Notes: generated by a model not told the origin, from the letters alone. A DNA stretch of 64,000 nt from Vulcanimicrobiota bacterium (GCA_963733295.1 CAVTCS010000003.1:608001-672000), one strand, 5' to 3'. Positions 28,944 through 39,462 are shown, counted from the first letter of the stretch. Made by a program: numbers and translations.

Positions 28944-30419
28944 ATGCGCCGGCGCCTTTCCGTCGCGTACGTTCTGTCGCTCTTGCTGCACCTGCTTTTG
29001 GTGCTCTTTTTCGGTGTGCATGTGCTCGTGCCGGTTGGATCTTCCGCTTCTACCGAGACGAACGAGAGCGAAACGACGACCGTCTCTGAGGAAACGCGCC
29101 AGACTTCCCCAGCGCCGGCGCCGCCGCGATCGCCGCTGCCGTCACTCGCGCCAGAGCCGCTCGCCTTGCGTCCGACACCTCTGCCGCAGCCGCGTCCGAA
29201 AACGCAACCGCCTCAGCCCTCGCGCCCGCGCGTCGCGCCGCGGAGCGCGCAACGTCGGCCGGAACTCGCGAAGATAACGCCGGAGGGTACGCCGCAGCCG
29301 CCTGCGCGGATTGCCGTCGTCGCGCCACTGCGCACGAGCCCGCCGACGATCGAGCCGAGTCCGGAAGCCAGCGAGAGACCGACCGCGCTTCCGCCCTCCG
29401 CCTCGCCGCTTCCGCTTGCGACTCGCCCTCCGACGGCGCCGCCGACGCCGCTTCCGACCGCGCCGCCGAGCGCCGCTCCGACGCGCCCGCCGACCGCTGC
29501 TCCGACGGTGCCCGCGACTCCGCCGCCGACGCTTCCGCCGACCACACCGCCGACGGTCCGGCCGACGGTCCTCGTTACGCCGCGGCCGACGCAACCCCCG
29601 ACGCCGGTACCGACCGCCCGGCCAACGCCGGTGCCGACGGCACGCCCGACGCCGGTGCCGACGGAACGACCGACGCCGGTGCCCACGGCGCGCCCGACGC
29701 AAGTGCCCACGGCGCGCCCAACGCCAGTGCCCACGGCGCGCCCGACGCAAGTGCCGACCGCCGCACCCGCGACGGCGGCGCCGGTCGCTCGCCCGACCGC
29801 CGCGCCGGCTACGGCCGCACCCGCTGCCGCGACCGCGACGAGCTTGCAGGCCCGCAGCCTGTCGAGCCCCGGCAGCGCAAGCCGGGTCGCAGCGGGGCCG
29901 CCCGGGCCGGGGGCTTCGGCAGGACCGGGTCGCGGTGAGGGTTCAGGGACAAAGGGGGCGCCGGGTCCGGGCGGCCCGGCCGGTTCGCAAGGACGGCGCC
30001 CGGCACCGATCGCGAGCGGGGCCCTGGCCAAGCTCAACGATCGCGTGCTGAGCATGATCCCCGGCGGCTCGCCGGTGACCTACTCGCAACGCCACATCAC
30101 GAACGACTTGAACGCGGCGGTCGCCGAAGCCGAGGCCGAGTTTTTCGAGAAGGCGGCGCCGCCGCCCGAGGTTCTCGCCAAAGCGCTCTACGTCATCAAG
30201 ATCAAGGGCACGCTGCTGATGGGACCGAGCATCATGTACGTCCTCAAAAAGGCAAATATTTTCGGCTTCGAGATCTGCAGCGGTTGGTACGTGCAGCAGC
30301 TCAATACCGGTCCGATAGGGGGGTACACGGTCGGACCCTGCAACGGCGAGAAGTTCGACCCCGGCACCAAGCCCTTGCCGGGTGGTCTCCCGAACATCCC
30401 GAAGCCCCGCCCGACTTGA
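28944..30419 (+). CDS. TonB/TolA-like membrane-anchored Pro/Thr-rich protein with unrecognised C-terminal domain
   Basis: N-terminal TM with SLLLH (SxxxH), long Pro-rich linker, globular C-terminus with two Cys. Confidence 0.7.
   Translation: MRRRLSVAYVLSLLLHLLLVLFFGVHVLVPVGSSASTETNESETTTVSEETRQTSPAPAPPRSPLPSLAPEPLALRPTPLPQPRPKTQPPQPSRPRVAPRSAQRRPELAKITPEGTPQPPARIAVVAPLRTSPPTIEPSPEASERPTALPPSASPLPLATRPPTAPPTPLPTAPPSAAPTRPPTAAPTVPATPPPTLPPTTPPTVRPTVLVTPRPTQPPTPVPTARPTPVPTARPTPVPTERPTPVPTARPTQVPTARPTPVPTARPTQVPTAAPATAAPVARPTAAPATAAPAAATATSLQARSLSSPGSASRVAAGPPGPGASAGPGRGEGSGTKGAPGPGGPAGSQGRRPAPIASGALAKLNDRVLSMIPGGSPVTYSQRHITNDLNAAVAEAEAEFFEKAAPPPEVLAKALYVIKIKGTLLMGPSIMYVLKKANIFGFEICSGWYVQQLNTGPIGGYTVGPCNGEKFDPGTKPLPGGLPNIPKPRPT
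29598..29765 (+). repeat. Intragenic 24-bp tandem repeat, about 7 copies, encoding PT(P/Q)VPT(A/E)R
   Basis: PTPVPTARPTPVPTARPTPVPTERPTPVPTARPTQVPTARPTPVPTARPTQVPTA with synonymous variation between units. Confidence 0.85.
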
Positions 30420-30443
30420 GGCGCGTGCCCCACGGCAGCGCGG

Positions 30444-30523
30444 TTGCGCGCTGCGCTGCGTCCGTGATAGAATGCGGTGTATCGTAAAGGAAAAAGCGTG
30501 GGCTGGTCCCGCGCTTCGTTGTT
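30444..30523 (+). promoter_or_regulatory. rimP operon promoter (TTGCGC-N18-TAGAAT, extended -10) and rimP-leader hairpin
   Basis: TGaTAGAAT 30465-73; AAGCGTGGG-CTGGT-CCCGCGCTT 30494-30516 followed by CGTTGTT, like the conserved rimP-nusA leader. Confidence 0.7.
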
Positions 30524-30547
30524 GTCGGGGGTCTTTCGAAAAGCGCT

Positions 30548-31045
30548 TTGGGATTGGCTGAAAACTTCGAACGCGCGACGCTCTCGCTGCCGTATGAGGA
30601 AGAATTTCGCGACGTCGAAATCGTGTCGCATCACGTCCACCGTCACGGCCGCGCACACGACCTTAGGGTCGTCGTGGACCGGCCGAGCGGCGTCGACGTC
30701 GCACTGTGCGAACGCATCGGCGCGCGTCTGGGTGAGTTGCTCGTAGACGAGAGCGATCCGTACACGCTCGCCGTCGAGTCCCCTGGGCTCGACCGTCCGT
30801 TGCTGCGTCCGGCCGACTACGATCGCTTTCGCGATCGCGACGTGTGCGTTCAAACGACGCTCCCGATCGGTCGCGAGCGCACGCACCGCGGCAAACTGCT
30901 CGGCGTGCGCGGCAATGCGGCGGTTCTCGCTACCGCACGAGGCGAGCTCCCGATTCCACTCGAGATGATCAAATCGGCCAACCTCGAGTTCGACTACCGT
31001 GCGGCACTGCGGCGCGACAAACGAGAGAGACGAGACACGCGATGA
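30548..31045 (+). CDS. rimP: Ribosome maturation factor RimP
   Basis: VDRPSGVDVALC, YTLAVESPGLDRPL; upstream of nusA. Confidence 0.92.
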   Translation: MGLAENFERATLSLPYEEEFRDVEIVSHHVHRHGRAHDLRVVVDRPSGVDVALCERIGARLGELLVDESDPYTLAVESPGLDRPLLRPADYDRFRDRDVCVQTTLPIGRERTHRGKLLGVRGNAAVLATARGELPIPLEMIKSANLEFDYRAALRRDKRERRDTR

Positions 31046-32283
31046 AGGCGACGAAAACACAACCGGACGAACCGACGCTGCGCGAATCGCTGCGCGCGCT
31101 GCAAGGCGAACGCGCGATCCCGTTCGAGATGCTGCTGGAGGCTCTCGAGGCGGCGCTGCTTTCCGCCTACAAGCGAAACTTCGGTGCCGAAGCAAATGCG
31201 ATCGTGGCGATCGACCGCGACACCGGCGAATACAAGGTTTACCACCGGCGCCTAGTCGTCGACGAGGTCGGCGATCCCAAACTCGAGGTCTCGCGTAAGG
31301 AAGCCGGCTCGAAGTACGAGCCCGGCGATTTTTTCGATGAGGAAGTAACGCCGAAGCAGTTCGGACGCATCGCCGCGCAAACCGCCAAACAAGTCATCGT
31401 GCAGCGCATCCGCGAAGCCGAGCGCGACACGATCTTTAACGAGTACAGTCAGAAACTGCACGACATCGCGATGGGCACCGTGCAGCGCTACGAACAACGC
31501 AACATGTACGTCGATCTCGGAAAAACCGAAGCGTTGCTACCGCTCTCCGAACAAGTGCCGCGCGAGAACTACCGGATCAACGATCGCATCCGCGCTTACG
31601 TCCTCGACGTCCGTAAGACGAGCAAAGGCCCTCAGATCATCCTCTCGCGCGCAGCCGAGGGTCTCGTGCAGCGCTTGCTCGAGGCCGAAGTCCCCGAGAT
31701 CGACGACAACATCGTCGAAATCATGGCGATCGCGCGCGAACCGGGCAGCCGTTCGAAGGTCGCGGTGCACTCTCACCGCGCCGAGGTCGATGCCGTCGGT
31801 GCGTGTCTCGGGCCGAAGTCGAGTCGCATCGCTGCCGTCTCGGACGAGCTGCGCGGCGAGAAGATCGATATCATCCGCTGGTCGCCGGATCCGGTGACGT
31901 TCATCAGTAACGCGCTCGCACCGGCCAAGGTGCTCGGCGTCGAGCTCTTCGAGGACGAAGGCGTCGGACTCGTGACCGTGCCGGACTACCAGCTCTCGCT
32001 GGCAATCGGACGGGAAGGGCAGAACGTGCGGCTTGCCGCGCGATTGACCGGCTGGCGTCTCGACATCACGAGCGAAGCGGATGCGGAAGAGGCGCGCGCG
32101 CGCTATTTAGTCGAGCGCGAGGAACGCCTCAACGCCCCCGAACCCGAACCGATCGCGGAAGGGGAGGCGGCCGAGGGCGAAACGGAGGCGCCGGCGATCG
32201 ACCCGGAGCTGATCCGCAAGCTCGAGGAGTTCCGCCGCACGATGCTCGAGCGTCGCGACGAACACGACGGAGCCGCCGAATAG
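31042..32283 (+). CDS. nusA: Transcription factor NusA
   Basis: [47 protein letters not shown]. Confidence 0.97.
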   Translation: MKATKTQPDEPTLRESLRALQGERAIPFEMLLEALEAALLSAYKRNFGAEANAIVAIDRDTGEYKVYHRRLVVDEVGDPKLEVSRKEAGSKYEPGDFFDEEVTPKQFGRIAAQTAKQVIVQRIREAERDTIFNEYSQKLHDIAMGTVQRYEQRNMYVDLGKTEALLPLSEQVPRENYRINDRIRAYVLDVRKTSKGPQIILSRAAEGLVQRLLEAEVPEIDDNIVEIMAIAREPGSRSKVAVHSHRAEVDAVGACLGPKSSRIAAVSDELRGEKIDIIRWSPDPVTFISNALAPAKVLGVELFEDEGVGLVTVPDYQLSLAIGREGQNVRLAARLTGWRLDITSEADAEEARARYLVEREERLNAPEPEPIAEGEAAEGETEAPAIDPELIRKLEEFRRTMLERRDEHDGAAE

Positions 32284-32512
32284 CGCCGCCCGCACCCCGG
32301 CCCGGACCTGCGTGGGGTGCCGGCAGCGTTTCGCGCAGCGCGAACTCGTTCGCTTCGTGCGGCACGCAGACGGCTGGCAGCGCGATGCCGGGCGGCATCG
32401 CGGCCCGGGCCGCGGCGCGTACCTTTGCTCGAGCGACTGCGCGCGTCGAGTCGTCAAGAACAAACGCTTTGCAGGGTTGGCGTCCGCGGCGGCCGGTATG
32501 GATTGGGCCTGA
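32258..32512 (+). CDS. ylxR: YlxR/DUF448 (RnpM) RNA-binding protein; start unresolved
   Basis: P.RTCVGCR..ELVRFV..GRGAYLC; position between nusA and infB. Confidence 0.85.
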   Translation, partial: TNTTEPPNSAARTPARTCVGCRQRFAQRELVRFVRHADGWQRDAGRHRGPGRGAYLCSSDCARRVVKNKRFAGLASAAAGMDWA

Positions 32513-32520
32513 GCGGCTCT

Positions 32521-32549
32521 TTGCCCGGCGCGCCCCGGCCGTGTATGAT
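32521..32549 (+). promoter_or_regulatory. Internal sigma70-type promoter for infB
   Basis: TTGCCC 32521-26, 17-nt spacer, TATGAT 32544-49. Confidence 0.55.
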
Positions 32550-32646
32550 AGGCGGGCCCCCCACGCGGCCGGAGCAACAAACGATGAAGTAAGAGGCTTC
32601 CCGAACGCAGCCAACGATGCGGCGAACGGGTTTTAAAAAGGACGAT

Positions 32647-35474
32647 ATGGCAACCGGTAAAGTGCGCATTTTCGAGCTGGCGAAAGATCTCGGGCTTTCT
32701 TCGAAAGACCTGATCGGACTATTCGCGCAGCTCGGCCTCGAGGCGAAGAATCAACTCAGCGTCGTCGATGACAACATCGCCGAACTGGTCCGGGGCGTTC
32801 TCCTGGGTGGCGCGAAGGCCGCTCCCAAGGCTGCACCGGCTGCGCCGGCCGCCCCCGCGACGCCGCCCAAGAAGGCGGCCCCGGTGCGCAAGATCGCCAA
32901 AGCGGTCGCGCCGGCCCCAGCTGCCGCTCCCGATGAGCCGGTTCCGACGCTCAAGCCGGTCACAACCCCCGTTCGCCGCACCGCGAAGGCTGCGCCGGCC
33001 GCAGCCCAGGCCGTTCAGGCCGCTCCGCCTGCTGAGGAAGCGCCTGCCGAGGCGGCGCCGCCGGCCGCCGCGACCGCCAAGCCGAAGCCTGAAGACGGCT
33101 CGGCGCCGCGTAAGGCTCCGCTCAAACCTGCCGCCGAACGGCCGGCCGTCCCGCGCGCGCGGCCCGAGGTCGCGCCTGCCGCTCCCGAGGTCCCGATTCC
33201 GCAGCTGCGCCCGGTTCCGGCTGGACGCTCAACGATCGCCGAACCGCGCCCGGCACCCGCCGCCCCGCCCACGACGGGCGTTGCCGCATCGGCCGCGCCG
33301 GGCCCGGCGACCGGAATCCCCGGCCGTCCGGGAGTCGCTCCGCGACCCGGGCAACCGGGCATGCCGGGCCAAGGCTACCAACCGCGTCCGATCGCGCCTG
33401 GTGCGGTCGCGCCACGCCCCGGCCTGCCCGGCGCGCCGCCGCGTCGCGCCGGCAACGGACCCTTCCGGCCACTCGCGCCTCCCGCAGGTGGACCGCGGCC
33501 GTTCAATCCGAGCCCGGCCCCGGGCGCTCCCGGAGCGCAGGGTCCGAGCCCAAGTTCGGGCGGTTCCCGCGGCCGGACCGGCGGACGCGACCGCGAGGAC
33601 GCGGCGGCCAAGAAAGATCGCGAAAAGGAGATGCTCCTCGATAAGGAGCGGCGGCGCAAGAAGAGCGGTTCGCTCGACTCCGCGCCCGCGGTCGCGCCGA
33701 CCGTTCTCGAAACGATCGAGATTCCGGACGTTCTAACCGTTCAAGAACTCGCCACCTCGATGATCGTGCCCGCGAAAGACGTCATCAAGGAGCTGATTAA
33801 AATCGGCACGATGGCGACGATAAATCAGAACATTCCGGCGACCGTCGCGCAAGGCGTCGCGAAAAAGTTCGGGTTCAACGCGGTTATCAAGGAAGCCGGC
33901 GAAGAAGTCGTGGTCGAGCAAGAAGAAGACCGGCCGGAGTTGATGACGACGCGCCCGCCCGTCGTTACGGTGCTCGGTCACGTCGACCACGGCAAAACCT
34001 CGCTGCTGGACAAGATCCGCGCGGCCAACGTCGCGTTGGGTGAAGCCGGCGGCATCACGCAGCGCATCGGCGCCTACACCGTCGAGCGCAACGATCGCAA
34101 GCTAACCTTCATCGACACGCCCGGTCACGAAGCGTTCACCGCGATGCGCGCGCGCGGCGCCAAAGTCACGGACGTCGCGATCCTCGTCGTTGCGGCCGAC
34201 GACGGCGTCATGCCGCAAACGATCGAAGCGATCTCGCACATTCGCGCCGCGAACGTACCGATCGTCGTCGCGATCAACAAGATGGACAAGGAAGACGCGC
34301 AGCCCGACCGCGTTAAGTCGCAGCTGTCGGAGCAGGGCTTGCAACCTGTCGACTGGGGCGGCAAGACCGAGATGGTGCCCGTCTCCGCGCGCACCGGCGA
34401 CGGCATCGACGCGCTGCTCGAAACCGTGCTGCTCGAAGCCGACATCCGCGACCTCAAAGCCAACAAGAACCGCCGCGCGCAACGGCGTCGTCATCGAATC
34501 GGCTCTGGATAAGGGCCGCGGCGCCGTCGCGACCGTGCTCGTTCAGAACGGCACGCTGCGCGCCGGCGACGTGGTCGTCGTGGGCGGCGCCTACGGCAAG
34601 ATCCGCGCGTTGCTCGACGACAAGGGAAAACAAGTAAAAAAGGCCGGTCCGTCGATTCCGGTCGAGATCATGGGACTTTCCGACGTTCCGAGCGCGGGCG
34701 ACACCCTCGATGGTCGTTTCGGACGAGCGCGTCGCGCGCGAAGCCGCCGCAAAACGCAGCTCGCGCCGTCAAGAGGTCCGTATCGCCGCGGCGACCGGTC
34801 CCCGCATCTCGCTCGAGAGCTTCATGCAGATGCCGACCGACGGCGGCCCGCAAAACGCTCAACCTCATCCTCAAGGCCGACGGTCAAGGTGCGGTCGAAG
34901 CGCTCCGTTCGCGCGTCGAGGGCATCTCCAACGCCGAGGTCGACATTCGCGTCATCTATGCCGGCGTCGGCGCGATTACGCCCAACGACGTCAACCTCGC
35001 CAGTCGCCTCGAACGCGGTCTTGATCGGCATTCAACATCCGGCCGGACGAAACGGTTAAGCGTCTCGGCGAAAACGAACAGGTCGACCTGCGCTTCTACA
35101 ACGTCATCTACGACGTCGAGAACGATCTGCGCAAAGCCATGGTCGGCATGCTCGCGCCGAAATTCCGCGAGGTCGTCCTCGGGCGCGCGGAGGTCCGCGA
35201 GGTCTTCAAGGTCTCGAAGATCGGTACGATCGCGGGCTGCTACGTCCAGAGCGGCAAGCTGTTACGCAATTCCAAAGTGCGCATTTTGCGGGACTCGGCG
35301 GTCGTATTCGAGAGCGAACTCGAGTCGCTGCGCCGCTTCAAGGACGACGTCCGCGAAGTCGCCGACGGGTTCGAGTGCGGCGTGCAGATCGCGAAGTTCT
35401 CGGACCTCAAGCAAGGCGACGTCATCGAGGCGTATACTTCGGAGCTCGTGGCGCCGGAGCCGGTTCCTGCGTAA
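32647..35474 (+). CDS. infB: Translation initiation factor IF-2 (about 5 frameshifts between 34480 and 35035)
   Basis: [27 protein letters not shown]; then [30 protein letters not shown] in shifting frames. Confidence 0.95.
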
Positions 35475-35479
35475 CGCCG

Positions 35480-35705
35480 TCCGTCTCAGCGGAGACGAAA
35501 CACGAGCGCCGGTTCGTCCTTCCGTGGTCGAACCGGGCGCGGGTTGTCTGCACGGCAGTTGGGGCGTCCGGCCACTGCGGAGTGCAGGCGCCCGGAGCGA
35601 CCTGAGTCGCGCCTTGGGCTCAGTACTGGGTTCGGGGAAGCCGGAGCTGCGGTTTAGGTCGCAAGGGAGTATCGCGTGGAAGGTGTGAGCGGCGTCCGCT
35701 CGAGG
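35480..35705 (+). other. Highly structured intergenic element (candidate cis-regulatory RNA or ncRNA)
   Basis: Six or more inverted repeats in about 225 nt between infB and rbfA. Confidence 0.4.
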
Positions 35706-35713
35706 TTCGGGCG

Positions 35714-36091
35714 GTGAAGCGCGAGCGGATGGCCCGGATCGATCACGAGCTGCAGCGGGAATTGGCGCGGCTGATTTCGGTCGAGTTGAAAGATCCGCGC
35801 CTGGGATTCGTGACCGTGACGCGCGTCGAGGTCGGCCACGATTTGCGGACCGCAAAGGTTTTTGTTTCGATTATCGGGGACCGGCATGTGGCGCGACAGT
35901 CGATGGATGCGCTCGAGTCGGCCAAGGGGTTCTTGCGCGGCGAATTGGGACATGCGATCGAGCTGCGACATACTCCGGAGTTGACGTTCGTCGAGGATCG
36001 CTCGACCGAGAGGGCGATCGCGCTCAGCCAGGTCCTGGCGAAGACGGCGGCGTCGCAAGCGAACGCGGAGGCTGTGGATGATTCGGAGTGA
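35714..36091 (+). CDS. rbfA: Ribosome-binding factor A
   Basis: KDPRLGFVTVT, DLRTAKV, LRHTPELTF.D. Confidence 0.95.
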   Translation: MKRERMARIDHELQRELARLISVELKDPRLGFVTVTRVEVGHDLRTAKVFVSIIGDRHVARQSMDALESAKGFLRGELGHAIELRHTPELTFVEDRSTERAIALSQVLAKTAASQANAEAVDDSE

Positions 36092-37058
36092 GACGCTGAG
36101 TGCGACGACGGAAGAAGTCGTAGCGGAGCTGCGGGCGCGGCGCGCCTTCGTCATGGTGAGTCACGTGAAGCCTGACGGGGACACGCTCGGCGCGGGACTC
36201 GCGCTCGGTCTCGCCTTGCGCGCGATGGGCAAGCGGGTCGCGTACTTTCAGCAGGATCCGGTTCCGCGGAACCTGCGCTTCTTGGCCGATTCCGAGCTCG
36301 TCTCACGGACCGTGCCAGCGGACTTGCCGGCCGACACGCTGTGGGTTTTCTGCGATATGAGCGACAGCTCGCGGGCCGGCGAGTTTCTGCCGACGATCGA
36401 AAAACGCAACACGCTCAACATCGATCATCATTTGGGAAACTCACGCTTTGCGGGCCTGAACTACATTCTCGAAAAAGAAGCTTCGACCGGAACGTGCGTC
36501 CTGGGACTGTTGCGAGCGATGAAAGCGCCGATCACGCCGCAGATCGCGACCGCACTCCTCACGACGGTGATGACCGATACCGGGGGCTTCGTGCACAGTA
36601 ACACGACCGCGGCGGTTTTGCAGATTTCGGCCGAATTGATGGATCTGGGCGCGGACAAAGAGCAGATCACGAGCGAGATTTTCGCCAACAAGCGCTTAGC
36701 TGCAATTCGCGTGCTGGGCGACGCGCTCTCGAAAGCGCAGGTTTCGGACGACGGACGTTTTTGCTGGTCGGTGGTCGATGACGCGATGTTGGCGCACAAC
36801 GAAGCCGACGGCGAAGATACCGAAGAGATCATCCAGCACTTGCGCTCGGTCGAAGGCGTCGAAGTAGCGGCACTCTTCAAAGCTTTCGGTGGGGAGTTGC
36901 GGGTGAGCTTGCGCAGCAACGGCAAGATCAACGTCCAAGAGGCGGCGGCACGCTTGGGGGGCGGAGGACATTTTCGCGCCGCCGGGCTCACGTTCGAAGG
37001 TTCGTTACAGGACGCGCTCGATGCGGTGCGTGGAGCGCTCGTAGCCGAAGGGCTCTAG
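36078..37058 (+). CDS. nrnA: DHH/DHHA1 phosphoesterase (NrnA-like)
   Basis: HVKPDGD, IDHH, TDTG, SLRS, GGGH..AAG. Confidence 0.9.
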   Translation: MIRSETLSATTEEVVAELRARRAFVMVSHVKPDGDTLGAGLALGLALRAMGKRVAYFQQDPVPRNLRFLADSELVSRTVPADLPADTLWVFCDMSDSSRAGEFLPTIEKRNTLNIDHHLGNSRFAGLNYILEKEASTGTCVLGLLRAMKAPITPQIATALLTTVMTDTGGFVHSNTTAAVLQISAELMDLGADKEQITSEIFANKRLAAIRVLGDALSKAQVSDDGRFCWSVVDDAMLAHNEADGEDTEEIIQHLRSVEGVEVAALFKAFGGELRVSLRSNGKINVQEAAARLGGGGHFRAAGLTFEGSLQDALDAVRGALVAEGL

Positions 37059-37069
37059 GGAAGCCGCAG

Positions 37070-37939
37070 CTGCTCGGATTCGTCAACGTCTTCAAGCCGT
37101 CGGGTCCGAGCTCGGCGCAAGTCGGCGCACGCGTGCGGCGCATCTTCGCGCCGCTCGGCGGCCGAAAGTTGCCGGTCGGACATTTGGGCACGCTGGATCC
37201 CGACGCGGCGGGCGTCTTGCCGCTCGCGCTCGGTGCCGCGACGCGCTTGATCCCGCTGATCGAAGATCGCCGTAAAGCCTACGCGTTCACGCTCGTCTTG
37301 GGACGTGCGACCGCAACCGGCGACGCGAGCGGCGCGACCGTCAGCGAAGCGCCGGTTCCCGCCGACGCCGAGAAACTCTTGCGGGCCGTTTCGGCGCGCT
37401 TCATCGGTCAAATCGAACAGGTTCCGCCCATGTACAGCGCCTTGCAGCAAGGCGGAAAGCGGCTGTACGAGATCGCGCGCGCCGGCGGGAGCGTCGCGCG
37501 AGCCCCGCGCAAAGTCACCTTGTACGGGCTCTCGTTGTTGGGGTACGCGCACAACGAAGCGCGGATGACTTGCGCCTGTTCCGAAGGAACCTACGTGCGA
37601 ACGCTGTGCGAAGACTTGGGCGTCGCGATCGGTTCGGTCGCGCACATGGGCACGCTTCTGCGCGAAGCCTCGGGCCCGTTCGTGCTCTTTGAAAGCCTGC
37701 GGCTGGAAGAGATCGACGCGGCACCCGAAGCAGCGCTCATTCCGCCCGAGCGCGTCATCCCGTTTCCGACGATCGTTCTCGAGGGGCGCGAGGCGGCCGA
37801 CTTCCGGGCGGGGCGTCTCGTCGCGTTGCCGGAAGGCGCGGGATCGAAACACGTCTTCGTGCGCGACTCGACCCGCACGCTGGTGGGTGTCGGCGAAGCG
37901 GTCGGTGCGCTGCTCGCGCCGCGAAAAGTTTTCGTGTGA
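37070..37939 (+). CDS. truB: tRNA pseudouridine-55 synthase
   Basis: GFVNVFKP, VGHLGTLDP, PPMYSA, CSEGTYVR; probable CTG start at 37070. Confidence 0.93.
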   Translation: MLGFVNVFKPSGPSSAQVGARVRRIFAPLGGRKLPVGHLGTLDPDAAGVLPLALGAATRLIPLIEDRRKAYAFTLVLGRATATGDASGATVSEAPVPADAEKLLRAVSARFIGQIEQVPPMYSALQQGGKRLYEIARAGGSVARAPRKVTLYGLSLLGYAHNEARMTCACSEGTYVRTLCEDLGVAIGSVAHMGTLLREASGPFVLFESLRLEEIDAAPEAALIPPERVIPFPTIVLEGREAADFRAGRLVALPEGAGSKHVFVRDSTRTLVGVGEAVGALLAPRKVFV

Positions 37940-38862
37940 AAATCCATCACGATCTGGCGCGCGCGGAGGACGAGCGTCCGCTCGTGCTCGCGATCGGGTT
38001 CTTCGACGGCATGCACCGGGGCCATCGCGAAATCGTCCGCGCCCTGCTCCGCCTGCGCCGGCCCGGCGCCGTCGCGGCGATCCTGACCTTTTCGAATCAT
38101 CCTGCGACTCATCTGCGTCCCGAGCGAGTTCCGCCGCTCATAAACACGCTCGAAGAGCGCGTCGACCTCTTGGCGGCGACCGGAATCGACGAACTCTACC
38201 TCGTGCCGTTCGACGCGGGCATCGCCGCGCTCGAAGCACCCGTCTTCCTCACAGAGATCGTCGCCGGCGCTCTCGGGACGCGGGGCCTCGTCGTCGGCGA
38301 AAACTTTCGCTTCGGCAAGAAGCGTCAGGGCGACGCGACCTTAGCGCGCGAATTGCTCGAACCGCGCGGCATCGACGTGGTGGCGGTGCCGCCGCTCTTG
38401 GACGGAGACGAGCGAGTTTCGAGCACCCGAATCCGCGCCGCGATCCTGCGCGGCGACCTCGCGACGGCCGACCGTCTTCTCGGGACGCCGTACGCGCTGC
38501 GCGGGAACGTCGCACTCGGTGTGGGCCGCGGGCACGACCTCGGTTTCCCGACCGCAAATCTTGCCGTCCCGCCGCATAAGACGTTGCCGGCCGACGGCGT
38601 TTACACAGCCGTGGCCCGCTATGACGGACGTGATTACAAAGCGCTCGTCTCGATCGGGAACAACCCGACCTTCGACGGCGCGGCTCGCACCGTCGAAGCC
38701 TGGCTGCTGGATTTCCGGCGCACGATCTACGGCGAAGAGCTTGTATTGCGCGAGTTCCGCTTCGTCCGGGAACAGCGCCGTTTCTCGAACGTCGAAGAGC
38801 TTTTGGTCCAGATGCGCGACGACGCGACGCACGTCGCCTTCCCCTCGTTTAACGTAACGTAA
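37936..38862 (+). CDS. ribF: Riboflavin kinase / FAD synthetase
   Basis: GFFDGMHRGH, VSSTRIR, GFPTAN, IGNNPTF. Confidence 0.95.
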   Translation: MKIHHDLARAEDERPLVLAIGFFDGMHRGHREIVRALLRLRRPGAVAAILTFSNHPATHLRPERVPPLINTLEERVDLLAATGIDELYLVPFDAGIAALEAPVFLTEIVAGALGTRGLVVGENFRFGKKRQGDATLARELLEPRGIDVVAVPPLLDGDERVSSTRIRAAILRGDLATADRLLGTPYALRGNVALGVGRGHDLGFPTANLAVPPHKTLPADGVYTAVARYDGRDYKALVSIGNNPTFDGAARTVEAWLLDFRRTIYGEELVLREFRFVREQRRFSNVEELLVQMRDDATHVAFPSFNVT

Positions 38863-38875
38863 GGAGAACCAGACC

Positions 38876-39370
38876 GTGAATCGCCTTTTTCTCTCATGTC
38901 TGCTGGCCGGCTGTGCCGCCTTCTTCGTACCGCAAGTGGCCCTCGCGGCGCTGCATACGGGTGAGGCGGCTCCCGCCTTCGACCTGCCGCGTCTCGCCGG
39001 CGGCAGCTCCTTGTCGCTGGCAAGCCTTCACGGCAAACCGGTCTACGTGAACTTCTTCGCTTCGTGGTGCGCGCCGTGTAACGAGGAAGCGCCGGCGGTC
39101 TCGAGTCTTTATAAGAAGTACCGCTCGCGCGGGCTGGTGGTGATCGGCATCGACGAACAGGAGCCGGCGGCTAAAGGCACCGAGTTCGTCAAGAAAAACG
39201 ACCTGACGTTCCCTGCGGTCAGCGATGAAGACGGGAAAGCCGGAGCAGCCTACGCCGCGATCGGCTTGCCCGTTCACATCTTCATCGACCGTCAGGGGAA
39301 GATCAGCACGTACCGCTTGGGCGAGATGCAACCAACCGAAATCGAGGCGGCGATCCAGAAGATTCTCTAA
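38876..39370 (+). CDS. TlpA/ResA-family exported thiol-disulfide oxidoreductase
   Basis: Signal/anchor sequence, NFFASWCAPC, GLP..FID. Confidence 0.9.
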   Translation: MNRLFLSCLLAGCAAFFVPQVALAALHTGEAAPAFDLPRLAGGSSLSLASLHGKPVYVNFFASWCAPCNEEAPAVSSLYKKYRSRGLVVIGIDEQEPAAKGTEFVKKNDLTFPAVSDEDGKAGAAYAAIGLPVHIFIDRQGKISTYRLGEMQPTEIEAAIQKIL

Positions 39371-39462
39371 GCGGAGAGGCTTCGGGGGACGCTTTGGGGA
39401 CGCCCCGAGCGCTACCTTACTCCCGGGCGAGGACCGGTGGACGGTCCTCCCGGGAGGAAACG

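Noticed and set aside
29598..29765. 24-bp tandem repeat as a possible CRISPR array
   Set aside because: No spacers, in-frame with wobble-position variation, and no cas genes; it is a coding repeat.
32800..33600. Low-complexity Pro/Ala/Gly region as an insertion or repeat element
   Set aside because: It is the usual variable, disordered IF2 N-terminal region.
32647..35474. infB, folC and phoR as pseudogenes or programmed frameshifts
   Set aside because: Essential or conserved genes with all motifs intact and no obvious slippery sites; assembly indels are more parsimonious.
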